Source: Eledone cirrhosa
Lineage: Eukaryota
DNA: 64,000 nucleotides
Assembly (NCBI GenBank): GCA_964016885.1
Contig: OZ024740.1
Coordinates: 421,538,001-421,602,000 of the forward strand
Reading direction: 5' to 3'
Shown here: piece by piece, positions 34,901 to 49,900 of the stretch
How positions within the stretch are numbered: the stretch's first letter is position 1
How the letters are laid out: each line of letters opens with the position of its first letter
Made by a program: the position numbers and the translations under genes
Notes under the pieces: generated by a model
The model's input: the letters and a program-made list of their open reading frames with translations, nothing else
Told to the model about the DNA's origin: nothing
The model's database searches: none

Positions 34901-37900
34901 GTGAACAATGTAATACTGGACAGCACTTGTGAACACTGTAATACTGGACAGCACTAGTGAACAGTGTAATACTGGACAGCACTAGTGGACAGTGTAATAC
35001 TAGACAGCACTAGTGAACACTGTAATACTGGACAGCACTAGTGAACAGTGTAATACTGGACAGCACTAGTGGACAGTGTAATACTAGACAGCACTAGTGG
35101 ACAGTGTAATACTGGACAGCACTAGTGAACAGTGTAATACTGGACAGCACTAGTGGACAGTGTAATACTGACCAGCACTAGTGGACAGTGTAATACTAGA
35201 CAGCACTAGTGGACAGTGTAATACTGGACAGCACTAGTGGACAGTGTAATACTGGACAGCACTAGTGGACACTGTAATACTGGACAGCACTAGTGGACAG
35301 TGTAATACAGGACAGCACTAGTGAACAGTGTAATACTGGACAGTTTAATACTGGACAGCACTAGTGAACACTGTAATACTGGACAGCACTAGTGGACAGT
35401 GTAATACTAGACAGCACTAGTGGACAGTGTAATACTGGACAGCACTACTGAACAGTGTAATACTGGACAGCACTAGTGAACAGTGTAATACTGGACAGCA
35501 CTAGTGAACAGTGTAATACTGGACAGCACTAGTGAACAGTGTAATACTAGACAGCACTAGGGAACAGTGTAATACTGCACAGCACTAGTGGACAGTGTAA
35601 TACTGGACGGTACTAGTGAACAGTGTAATACTAGACAGCACTAGTGAACAGTGTAATACTGGACAGCACTAGTGAACAGTGTAATACTAGACAGCACTAG
35701 TGGACAGTGTAATACTGGACAGCACTAGGGAACAGTGTAATACTGGACAGCACTAGTGAACAGTGTAATACTGGACAGCACTAGTGGACAGTGCAATATT
35801 GGACGGTACTAGTGAACAGTGTAATACTAGACAGCACTAGTGAACCGTGTAATACTAGACAGCACTAGTGGACAGTGTAATACTGGACGGTACTAGTGGA
35901 CAGTGTAATACTGGACAGCACTAGTGAACAGTAATACTGGACGGTACTAGTGAACAGTGTAATACTGGACGGTACTAGTGAACAGTGTAATACTAGACAG
36001 CACTAGTGGAGAGTGTAATACTGGACAGCACTAGTGGACAGTGTAATACTGGATGGTACTAGTGGACAGTGTAATACTAGACAGCACTAGTGAACAATGT
36101 AATACTGGACAGCACTAGTGGACAGTGTAATATTGGACAGCACTAGTGGACAGTGTAATACTGGACAGCACTAGTGAACAGTGTAATACTGGACAGCACT
36201 AGTGAACAGTGTAATACTAGACAGCACTAGGGAACAGTGTAATACTGGACAGCACTAGTGAACAGTGTAATACTAGACAGCACTAGGGAACAGTGTAATA
36301 CTGGACAGCACTAGTGAACAGTGTAATACTGCACAGCACTAGTGGACAGTGTAATACTGGACGGTACTAGTGAACAGTGTAATACTAGACAGCACTAGTG
36401 AACAGTGTAATACTGGACAGCACTAGTGAACAGTGTAATACTAGACAGCACTAGTGGACAGTGTAATACTGGACAGCACTAGGGAACAGTGTAATACTGG
36501 ACAGCACTAGGGAACAGTGTAATACTGGACAGCACTAGTGAACAGTGTAATACTAGACAGCACTAGTGAACAGTGTAATACTGGACAGCATTAGTGGACA
36601 GTGTAACATTGGACGGTACTAGTGGACAGTGTAATACTAGACAGCACTAGTGGACAGTGTAATACTGGACAGTGTAATACCGGACGGTACTAGTGGACAG
36701 TGTAATACTGGACAGCACTAGTGAACAGTAATACTGGACGGTACTAGTGAACAGTGTAATACTGGACAGCACTAGTGGACAGTGTAATACTGGACAGCAC
36801 TAGTGAACAGTGTAATACTAGACAGCACTAGTGGACAGTGTAATACTGGACAGTGTAATACTGGACGGTACTAGTGGACAGTGTAATACTGGACAGCACT
36901 AGTGAACAGTAATACTGGACGGTACTAGTGGACAGTGTAATACTAGACAGCACTAGTGAACAGTGTAATACTAGACAGCACTAGTGAACAATGTAATACT
37001 GGACAGCACTAGTGGACAGTGTAATATTGGACAGCACTAGTGGACAGTGTAATACTGGGCAGCACTAGTGGACAGTGTAATACTGGACGGTACTAGTGGA
37101 CAGTGTAATACTAGACAGCACTAGTGGACAGTGTAATACTGGACAGCACTAGTGTGACAGTGTAATACTGGACAGCACTAGTGGACAGTGTAATACTGGA
37201 CGGTACTAGTGGACAGTGTAATACTAGACAGCACTAGTGAACAGTGTAATACTGGACAGCACTAGTGGACACTGTAATACTGGACAGCACTAGTGGACAG
37301 TGTAATATTAGACAGCACTAGTGAACAGTGTAATACTAGACAGCACTAGTGAACAATGTAATACTGGACGGTACTAGTGAACAGTGTAATACTAGACAGC
37401 ACTAGTGGAGAGTGTAATACTGGACAGCACTAGTGGACAGTGTAATACTGGATGGTACTAGTGGAAAGTGTAATACTAGACAGCACTAGTGAACAATGTA
37501 ATACTGGACAGCACTAGTGGACAGTGTAATATTGGACAGCACTAGTGGACAGTGTAATACTGGACAGCACTAGTGAACAGTGTAATACTGGACAGCACTA
37601 GTGAACAGTGTAATACTAGACAGCACTAGGGAACAGTGTAATACTGGACAGCACTAGTGAACAGTGTAATACTAGACAGCACTAGGGAACAGTGTAATAC
37701 TGGACAGCACTAGTGAACAGTGTAATACTGCACAGCACTAGTGGACAGTGTAATACTGGACGGTACTAGTGAACAGTGTAATACTAGACAGCACTAGTGA
37801 ACAGTGTAATACTGGACAGCACTAGTGAACAGTGTAATACTAGACAGCACTAGTGGACAGTGTAATACTGGACAGCACTAGGGAACAGTGTAATACTGGA

Positions 37901-40900
37901 CAGCACTAGGGAACAGTGTAATACTGGACAGCACTAGTGAACAGTGTAATACTAGACAGCACTAGTGAACAGTGTAATACTGGACAGCATTAGTGGACAG
38001 TGTAATATTGGACGGTACTAGTGGACAGTGTAATACTAGACAGCACTAGTGGACAGTGTAATACTGGACAGTGTAATACCGGACGGTACTAGTGGACAGT
38101 GTAATACTGGACAGCACTAGTGAACAGTAATACTGGACGGTACTAGTGAACAGTGTAATACTGGACAGCACTAGTGGACAGTGTAATACTGGACAGCACT
38201 AGTGAACAGTGTAATACTAGACAGCACTAGTGGACAGTGTAATACTGGACAGTGTAATACTGGACGGTACTAGTGGACAGTGTAATACTGGACAGCACTA
38301 GTGAACAGTAATACTGGACGGTACTAGTGGACAGTGTAATACTAGACAGCACTAGTGAACAGTGTAATACTAGACAGCACTAGTGAACAATGTAATACTG
38401 GACAGCACTAGTGGACAGTGTAATATTGGACAGCACTAGTGGACAGTGTAATACTGGGCAGCACTAGTGGACAGTGTAATACTGGACGGTACTAGTGGAC
38501 AGTGTAATACTAGACAGCACTAGTGGACAGTGTAATACTGGACAGCACTAGTGTGACAGTGTAATACTGGACAGCACTAGTGGACAGTGTAATACTGGAC
38601 GGTACTAGTGGACAGTACTAGTGGACAGTGTAATACTAGATAGCACTAGTGAACAGTGTAATACTGGACAGCACTAGTGGACACTGTAATACTGGACAGC
38701 ACTAGTGGACAGTGTAATACTAGACAGCACTAGTGGACAGTAATACTGGACGGCACTAGTGGACAGTGTAATACTGGACAGCACTAGTGAACAGTGTAAT
38801 ACTGGACAGCACTAGTGGACAGTGTAATACTGGACAGCACTAGTGAACAGTGTAATACTGGACAGCACTAGTGGACAGTGTAATACTGGACAGCACTAGT
38901 GGACAGTGTAATACTAGACAGCACTAGTGAACAATGTAATACTGGACAGCACTAGTGGACAGTGTAATACTGGACAGCACTTGTGAACACTGTAATACTG
39001 GACAGCACTAGTGAACAGCACTAGTGAACAGTGTAATACTGGACAGCACTAGTGAACAGTGTAATACTGGACAGCACTAGTGAACAGTGTAATACTGGAC
39101 AGCACTAGTGGACACTGTAATACTGGACAGTGTAATACTAGACAGTACTAGTGAACAGTGTAATACTGGAGAGCACTAGTGGACAGTGTAATACTGGACA
39201 GCACTAGTGGACAGTGTAATACTAGACAGTACTAGTGAACAGTGTAATACTGGACAGTACTAGTGGACAGTGTAATACTGGACGGTACTAGTGGACAGTG
39301 TAATACTGGACGGCACTAGTGAACAGTGTAATACTAGACAGCACTAGTGGACAGTGTAATACTAGACAGCACTAGTGGACAGTGTAATACTGGACAGCAC
39401 TAGTGGACAGTGTAATACTAGACAGTACTAGTGAACAGTGTAATACTGGACAGCACTAGTGGACAGTGTAATACTGGACAGTACTAGTGAACAGTGTAAT
39501 ATTGGATAGCACTAGTGGACAGTGTAATACTAGACAGCACTAGTGGACAGTGTAATACTGGACAGCACTAGTGGACAGTGTAATACTAGACAGCACTAGT
39601 GAACAGTGTAATACTAGAAAGCACTAGTGGACAGTGTAATACTGGACAGCACTAGTGAACAGTGTAATACTGGACAGCACTAGTGGACAGTGTAATACTG
39701 GACAGCACTAGTGGACAGTTTAATATTGGACAGCACTAGTGGACAGTGTAATACTGGACAGCACTAGTGGACAGTGTAATACTGGACAGCACTAGTGGAC
39801 AGTGTAATACTAGACAGCACTAGTGAACACTGTAATACTGGACTGCACAAGTGGACAGTGTAATACTGGACAGCACTAGTGGACAGTGTAATACTGGACA
39901 GCACTAGTGAACACTGTAATACTGGACAGTGTAATACTGGACAGTACTAGTGAACAGTAATACTGGACAGCACTAGTGGACAGTAATACTGGACATCACT
40001 AGTGGACAGTGTAATACTGGACGGTACAAGTGAACAGTGTAATACTGTTACGTCACTAGTGGACAGTGTAATACTAGACAGCACTAGTGGACAGTGTAAT
40101 ACTGGACAGCACTAGTGGACAGTGTAATACTGGACAGCACTAGTGAACAATGTAATACTAGACAGCACTAGTGGACACTGTAATACTGGACAGCACTAGT
40201 GAACAGTGTAATACTGGACAGCACTAGTGGACACTGTAATACTAGACAGAACTAGTGGACAGCACTAGTGAACAGTGTAATACTGGACAGCACTAGTGGA
40301 CAGTGTAATACTGGACGGCACTAGTGAACAGTGTAATACTGGACAGCACTAGTGGAGACTGTAATACTAGACAGCACTAGTGGACAGTGTAATACTGGAC
40401 AGCACTAGTGGACAGTGTAATATTGGACAGCACTAGTGGACAGTGTAATATTGGACAGCACTAGTGGACAGTGTAATACTGGACAGCACTAGTGGACAGT
40501 GTAATACTAGACAGCACTAGTGGACAGTGTAATACTAGACAGCACTAGTGGACAGTGTAATACTGGACGGCACTAGTGGACAGTGTAATACTGGACGGTA
40601 CTACTGAACAGTGTAATACTGGATAGCACTAGTGAACAGTGTAATACTGGATAGCACCAGTGGACAGTGTAATACTGGACAGCACTAGTGGACAGTGTAA
40701 TACTGGATGGTACTAGTGAACAGTGTAATACTGGACAGCACTAGTGGACAGCACTAGTGGACAGTGTAATACTGGATGGTACTAGTGAACAGTGTAATAC
40801 TGGACAGCACTAGTGGACAATGTAATACTGGACAGCACTAGTGGACAATGTAATACTGGACAGCACTAGTGGACAGTGTAATACTGGACAGCACTAGTGG

Positions 40901-43900
40901 ACAGTGTAATACTGGATAGCACTAGTGGACAGCGTAATACTGGATGGCACTAGTGGACACTGTAATACTGGACAGCATTAGTGGACAGTGTAATACTGGA
41001 CAGCACTAGTGGACAGTGTAATACTGGACAGCACTAGTGGACAGTGTAATACTAGACAGCACTAGTGCACAGTGTAATACTGGACAGCACTAGTGGACAG
41101 TGTAATACTGGACAGCACTAGTGGACACTGTAATACTAGACAGCACTAGTGGACAGTGTAATACTGGACAGCACTAGTGAACAATGTAATACTGGACAGC
41201 ACTAGTGGACAGTGTAATACTGGACAGCACTAGTGAACAATGTAATACTGGACAGCACTAGTGAACAATGTAATACTGGACAGCACTAGTGAGCAATGTA
41301 ATACTGGACAGCACTAGTGGACAATGTAATACTGGACAGCACTAGTGAACAATGTAATACTGGACAGCACTAGTGAACAGTGTAATACTGGACAGCACTA
41401 GTGAACAGTGTAATACTGGACAGCACTAGTGAACAATGTAATACTGGACAGCACTAGTGAACAGTGTAATACTGGACAGCACTAGTGAACAGTGTAATAC
41501 TAGACAGCACTAGTGAACAGTGTAATACTAGACAGCACTAGTGAACAGTGTAATATTGGACAGCACTAGTGAACAGTGTAATACTGAACAATGTAATACT
41601 GGACAGCACTAGTGGACAGTGTAATACTGGACGGTACTAGTGGACAGTGTAATACTAGACAGCACTAGTGGACAGTGTAATACTGGACAGCACTAGTGAA
41701 CAGTGTAATACTAGACAGCACTAGTGAACAGTGTAATACTGGACAGCACTAGTGAGCACTGTAATACTGGATGGTACTAGTGAACAGTGTAATACTGGAG
41801 AGCACTAGTGAACAGTGTAATACTGGACAGCACTAGTGAGCATTGTAATACTGGATGGTACTAGTGGACAGTGTAATACTGGACAGCACTAGTGAACAGT
41901 GTAATACTAGACAGCACTAATGAACAGTGTAATACTGGAGAGCACTAGTGGACAGTGTAATACTGGATGGTACTAGTGAACAGTGTAATACTGGAGAGCA
42001 CTAGTGGACAGTGTAATACTGGATGGTACTAGTGAACAGTGTAATACTGGACAGCACTAGTGAGCACTGTAATACTGGATGGTACTAGTGGACAGTGTAA
42101 TACTGGACAGCACTAGTGAACAGTGTAATACTAGACAGCACTAGTGGACAGCGTAATACTGGATGGTACTAGTGAACAGTGTAATACTGGAGAGCACTAG
42201 TGGACAGTGTAATACTGGATGGTACTAGTGAACAGTGTAATACTGGAGAGCACTAGTGGACAGTGTAATACTGGACAGCACTAGTGAACAATGTAATACT
42301 GGACAGCACTAGTGAACAGTGTAATACTGGACAGCACTAGTGAGCACTGTAACACTGGACGGTACTAGTGGACAGTGTAATACTAGACAGCACTAGTGAG
42401 CACTGTAATACTGGATGGTACTAGTGAACAGTGTAATACTGGACAGCACTAGTGGATAGTGTAATACTGGACAGCACTAGTGGACAGTGTAATACTGGAC
42501 AGCACTAGTGGACAGTGTAATACTGGACAGCACTAGTGAGCACTGTAATACTGGATGGTACTAGTGAACAGTGTAATACTGGACAGCACTAGTGGACAGT
42601 GTAATACTGGACAGCACTAGTGGACAGTGTAATACTGGACAGCACTAGTGGACAGTGTAATACTGGACAGCACTAGTGTACAGTGTAATACTAGACAGCA
42701 CTAGTGGACAGTGTAATACTGGACAGCACTAGTGAACAGTGTAATACTGGACAGCACTAGTGGACAGTGTAATACTAGACATCACTAGTGAACAGTGTAA
42801 TACTAGACAGCACTAGTGAACAGTGTAATACTGGACAGCACTAGTGAACAGTGTAATACTGGACAGCACTAGTGGACACTGTAATACTGGATGGTACTAG
42901 TGAACAGTGTAATACTGGACAGCACTAGTGAACAATGTAATACTGGACAGCACTAGTGAACAATGTAATACTGGACAGCACTAGTGGACAGTGTAATACT
43001 AGACAGCACTAGGGAACAGTGTAATACTGGATAGCACTAGTGGACAGTGTAATACTGGACAGCACTAGTGAACAGTGTAATATTGGACAGCACTAGTGAA
43101 CAGTGTAATACTGGACAGCACTAGTGAACAATGTAATACTGGACAGCACTAGTGAACAGTGTAATACTGGACAGCACTAGTGGACACTGTAATACTGGAC
43201 AGCACTAGTGAACAGTGTAATACTGGACAGCACTACTGAACAGTGTAATACTGGACAGCACTAGTGAACAATGTAATACTGGACAGCACTAGTGAACAGT
43301 GTAATACTGGATAACACTAGTGAACAATGTAATACTGGACAGCACTAGTGAACAGTGTAATACTGGATAGCACTAGTGAACAGTGTAATACTGGATAGCA
43401 CTAGTGGACAGTGTAATACTGGATAGCACTAGTGGACAGTGTAATACTGGATAGCACTAGTGAACAGTGTAATACTGGATAGCACTAGTGAACAGTGTAA
43501 TACTGGACAGCACTAGTGGACAGTGTAATACTGGACAGCACTAGTGAACAATGTAATACTGGACAGCACTAGTGGACACTGTAATACTGGACAGCACTAG
43601 TGAACAGTGTAATACTGGACAGCACTACTGAACAGTGTAATACTGGACAGCACTAGTGAACAATGTAATACTGGACAGCACTAGTGAACAGTGTAATACT
43701 AGACAGCACTAGTGGACAGTGTAATACTAGACAGCACTACTGAACAGTGTAATACTGGACAGCACTGGTGAACAATGTAATACTGGACAGCACTAGTGGA
43801 CAGTGTAATACTGGACAGCACTAGTGAACAATGTAATACTGGACAGCACTAGTGAACAGTGTAATATTGGACAGCACTAGTGAACAGTGTAATACTGAAC

Positions 43901-46900
43901 AATGTAATACTGGACAGCACTAGTGGACAGTGTAATACTGGACGGTACTAGTGGACAGTGTAATACTAGACAGCACTAGTGGACAGTGTAATACTGGACA
44001 GCACTAGTGAACAGTGTAATACTAGACAGCACTAGTGAACAGTGTAATACTGGACAGCACTAGTGAGCACTGTAATACTGGATGGTACTAGTGAACAGTG
44101 TAATACTGGAGAGCACTAGTGAACAGTGTAATACTGGACAGCACTAGTGAGCATTGTAATACTGGATGGTACTAGTGGACAGTGTAATACTGGACAGCAC
44201 TAGTGAACAGTGTAATACTGGACAGCACTAATGAACAGTGTAATACTGGAGAGCACTAGTGGACAGTGTAATACTGGATGGTACTAGTGAACAGTGTAAT
44301 ACTGGAGAGCACTAGTGGACAGTGTAATACTGGATGGTACTAGTGAACAGTGTAATACTGGACAGCACTAGTGAGCACTGTAATACTGGATGGTACTAGT
44401 GGACAGTGTAATACTGGACAGCACTAGTGAACAGTGTAATACTAGACAGCACTAGTGAACAATGTAATACTGGACAGCACTAGTGAGCACTGTAATACTG
44501 GACAGCACTAGTGGACAGTGTAATACTAGACAGCACTAGTGAGCACTGTAATACTGGATGGTACTAGTGAACAGTGTAATACTGGATGGTACTAGTGAAC
44601 AGTGTAATACTGGACAGCACTAGTGGATAGTGTAATACTGGACAGCACTAGTGGACAGTGTAATACTGGACAGCACTAGTGGACAGTGTAATACTGGACA
44701 GCACTAGTGAGCACTGTAATACTGGATGGTACTAGTGAACAGTGTAATACTGGACAGCACTAGTGGACAGTGTAATACTGGACAGCACTAGTGGACAGTG
44801 TAATACTGGACAGCACTAGTGGACAGTGTAATACTGGACAGCACTAGTGTACAGTGTAATACTAGACAGCACTAGTGGACAGTGTAATACTGGACAGCAC
44901 TAGTGAACAGTGTAATACTGGACAGCACTAGTGGACAGTGTAATACTAGACAGCACTAGTGAGCACTGTAATACTGGATGGTACTAGTGAACAGTGTAAT
45001 ACTGGACAGCACTAGTGAACAATGTAATACTGGACAGCACTAGTGAACAATGTAATACTGGACAGCACTAGTGGACAGTGTAATACTAGACAGCACTAGG
45101 GAACAGTGTAATACTGGATAGCACTAGTGGACAGTGTAATACTGGACAGCACTAGTGAACAGTGTAATATTGGACAGCATTAGTGGACAGTGTAATACTG
45201 GACAGCACTAGTGAACAATGTAATACTGGACAGCACTAGTGAACAGTGTAATACTGGACAGCACTAGTGAACAGTGTAATATTGGACAGCACTAGTGAAC
45301 AGTGTAATACTGGACAGCACTAGTGAACAGTGTAATACTGGACAGCACTAGTGAACAGTGTAATACTGGACAGCACTAGTGAACAGTGTAATATTGGACA
45401 GCACTAGTGAACAGTGTAATACTGGATAGCACTAGTGAACAGTGTAATACTGGATAGCACTAGTGGACAGTGTAATACTGGATAGCACTAGTGGACAGTG
45501 TAATACTGGATAGCACTAGTGAACAGTGTAATACTGGATAGCACTAGTGAACAGTGTAATACTGGACAGCACTAGTGGACAGTGTAATACTGGACAGCAC
45601 TAGTGAACAATGTAATACTGGACAGCACTAGTGGACACTGTAATACTGGACAGCACTAGTGAACAGTGTAATACTGGACAGCACTACTGAACAGTGTAAT
45701 ACTGGACAGCACTAGTGAACAATGTAATACTGGACAGCACTAGTGAACAGTGTAATACTAGACAGCACTAGTGGACAGTGTAATACTAGACAGCACTACT
45801 GAACAGTGTAATACTGGACAGCACTAGTGAACAATGTAATACTGGACAGCACTAGTGAACAGTGTAATACTAGACAGCACTAGTGGACAGTGTAATACTA
45901 GACAGCACTAGTGGACAGTGTAATACTGGACGGTACTAGTGAACAGTGTAATACTGGATAGCACTAGTGAACAGTGTAATACTGGACAGCACTAGTGAAC
46001 AATGTAATACTGGACAGCACTAGTGAACAATGTAATACTGGACAGCACTAGTGAACAGTGTAATACTGGATAGCACTAGTGAACAATGTAATACTGGACA
46101 GCACTAGTGAACAATGTAATACTGGACAGCACTAGTGAACAATGTAATACTGGACAGCACTAGTGAACAGTGTAATACTGGATAGCACTAGTGAACAATG
46201 TAATACTGGACAGCACTAGTGAACAGTGTAATATTGGACAGCACTAGTGAACAGTGTAATACTGGATAGCACTGGTGAACAGTGTAATACTGGACAGCAC
46301 TAGTGGACAGTGTAATACTGGACAGCACTAGTGGACAGTGTAATACTGGACAGCACTAGTGAACAATGTAATACTGGACAGCACTAGTGAACAGTGTAAT
46401 ATTGGACAGCACTAGTGAACAGTGTAATACTGGATAGCACTGGTGAACAATGTAATACTGGATAGCACTAGTGAACAGTGTAATACTGGACAGCACTAGT
46501 GAACAGTGTAATACTGGATAGCACTGGTGAACAGTGTAATACTGGACAGCACTAGTGAACAATGTAATACTGGATAGCACTAGTGAACAGTGTAATACTG
46601 GACAGCACTAGTGAACAGTGTAATACTGGATAGCACTGGTGAACAGTGTAATACTGGATAGCACTGGTGAACAGTGTAATACTGGACAGCACTAGTGAAC
46701 AATGTAATACTGGACAGCACTAGTGAACAGTGTAATACTGGATAGCACTGGTGAACAGTGTAATACTGGACAGCACTAGTGAACAATGTAATACTAGACA
46801 GCACTAGTGAACAGTGTAATACTGGACAGCACTAGTGAACAATGTAATACTGGACAGCACTAGTGAACAGTGTAATATTGGACAGCACTAGTGAACAGTG

Positions 46901-49900
46901 TAATACTGGATAGCACTGGTGAACAGTGTAATACTGGACAGCACTAGTGGACAGTGTAATACTGGACAGCACTAGTGTACAGTGTAATACTAGACAGCAC
47001 TAGTGAACAATGTAATACTGGACAGCACTAGTGGACAGTGGAATACTGGACAGCACTAGTGTACAGTGTACTACTGGACAGCACTAGTGTACAGTGTAAT
47101 ACTGGACAGCACTAGTGAACAATGTAATACTGGATAGCACTAGTGAACAATGTAATACTGGACAGCACTAGTGAACAGTGTAATATTGGACAGCACTAGT
47201 GAACAGTGTAATACTGGACAGCACTAGTGGACAGTGTAATACTGGATAGCACTAGTGAACAGTGTAATACTGGACAGCACTAGTGAACAGTGTAATACTG
47301 GACAGCACTAGTGAACAGTGTAATACTGGACAGCACTAGTGAACAGTGTAATATTGGACAGCACTAGTGAACAGTGTAATACTGGACAGCACTAGTGGAC
47401 AGTGTAATACTGGACAGCACTAGTGAACAGTGTAATACTGGACAGCACTAGTGAACAGTGTAATACTGGACAGCACTAGTGGACAGCACTAGTGGACAGT
47501 GTAATACTGGACAGCACTAGTGGACAGTGTAATACTGGACAGCACTAGTGAACAGTGTAATACTGGACAGCACTAGTGGACAGTGTAATACTGGACAGCA
47601 CTAGTGAACAGTGTAATACTGGATAGCACTAGTGGACAGTGTAATACTGGGCAGCACTAGTGGACAGTGTAATACTGGACAGCACTAGTGGACAGTGTAA
47701 TACTGGACAGCACTAGTGGACAGCGTAATACTGGATAGCACTAGTGAACAGTGTAATATTGGACAGCACTAGTGAACAGTGTAATACTGGACAGCACTAG
47801 TGAACAGTGTAATACTAGACAGCACTAGTGAACAATGTAATACTGGACAGCACTAGTGAACAATGTAATACTGGACAGCACTAGTGAACAGTGTAATACT
47901 GGACAGCACTAGTGAACAATGTAATACTGGACAGCACTAGTGAACAGTGTAATACTAGACAGCACTAGTGGACAGCGTAATACTGGATAGCACTAGTGAA
48001 CAGTGTAATACTGGACAGCACTAGTGAACAGTGTAATATTGGACAGCACTAGTGAACAGTGTAATACTGGATAACACTAGTGAACAATGTAATACTGGAC
48101 AGCACTAGTGAACAGTGTAATACTGGACAGCACTAGTGAACAGTGTAATACTGGATAACACTAGTGAACAGTGTAATACTGGATAGCACTAGTGGACAGT
48201 GTAATACTGGACAGCACTAGTGGACAGTGTAATATTGGACAGCACTAGTGAACAGTGTAATACTGGACAGCATTAGTGAACAATGTAATACTGGACAGCA
48301 CTAGTGAACAGTGTAATATTGGACAGCACTAGTGAACAGTGTAATACTGGACAGCACTAGTGAACAGTGTAATATTGGACAGCACTAGTGAACACTGTAA
48401 TACTGGACAGCACTAGTGAACAGTGTAATATTGGACAGCACTAGTGAACAGTGTAATACTGGACAGCACTAGTGAACAGTGTAATATTGGACAGCACTAG
48501 TGAACAGTGTAATACTGGATAACACTAGTGAACAATGTAATACTGGATAGCACTAGTGGACAGTGTAATACTGGACAGCACTAGTGGACAGTGTAATACT
48601 GGACAGCACTAGTGAACAGTGTAATACTGGATAGCACTAGTGAACAGTGTAATACTGGATAGCACTAGTGGACAGTGTAATACTGGATAGCACTAGTGAA
48701 CAATGTAATACTGGACAGCACTAGTGAACTGTGTAATATTGGACAGCACTAGTGAACAGTGTAATACTGGATAGCACTAGTGAACAGTGTAATATTGGAC
48801 AGCACTACTGAACAGTGTAATATTGGACAGCACTACTGAACAGTGTAATACTGGATAGCACTAGTGAACAGTGTAATACTGGATAGCACTAGTGGACAGT
48901 GTAATACTAGACAGCACTAGTGGACAGTTTAATACTGGATAGCACTAGTGAATAGTGTAATACTGGATAGCACTAGTGGACAGTGTAATACTAGACAGCA
49001 CTAGTGGACAGTGTAATACTAGACAGCACTAGTGGACAGTGTAATACTAGACAGCACTAGTGAACAGTTTAATACTAGACAGCACTAGTGGACAGTGTAA
49101 TACTAGACAGCACTAGTGGACAGTGTAATACTAGACAGCACTAGTGAACAGTTTAATACTAGACAGCACTAGTGAACAGTGTAATACTAGACAGCACTAG
49201 CGGACAGTGTAATACTAGACACCACTAGTGGACAGTGTAATACTAGACAGCACTAGTGGACAGTGTAATACTAGACAGCACTAGTGAACAGTGTAATACT
49301 GGACAGCACTAGTGAACAGTGTAATACTAGACAGCACTAGTGGACAGTGTAATACTGGATAGCACTAGTGAACAATGTAATACTGGACAGCACTAGTGAA
49401 CAGTGTAATACTGGACAGCACTAGTGAACAGTGTAATACTAGACAGCACTAGTGGACACTGTAATACTGGACAGCACTAGTGAACAGTGTAATACTGGAC
49501 AGCACTAGTGAACAGTGTAATACTAGACAGCACTAGTGGACACTGTAATACTGGACAGCACTAGTGGACAGTGTAATACTGGACAGCACTAGTGAACAGT
49601 GTAATACTGGACAGCACTAGTGAACAGTGTAATACTAGACAGCACTAGTGGACACTGTAATACTGGACAGCACTAGTGGACAGTGTAATACTAGACAGCA
49701 CTAGCGGACACTGTAATACTGGACAGCACTAGTGAACAGTGTAATACTGGACAGCACTAGTGAACAGTGTAATACTAGACAGCACTAGTGGACACTGTAA
49801 TACTGGACAGCACTAGTGGACAGTGTAATACTAGACAGCACTAGTGGACAGTGTAATACTGGACAGCACTAGTGAACAGTGTAATACTGGACATCACTAG

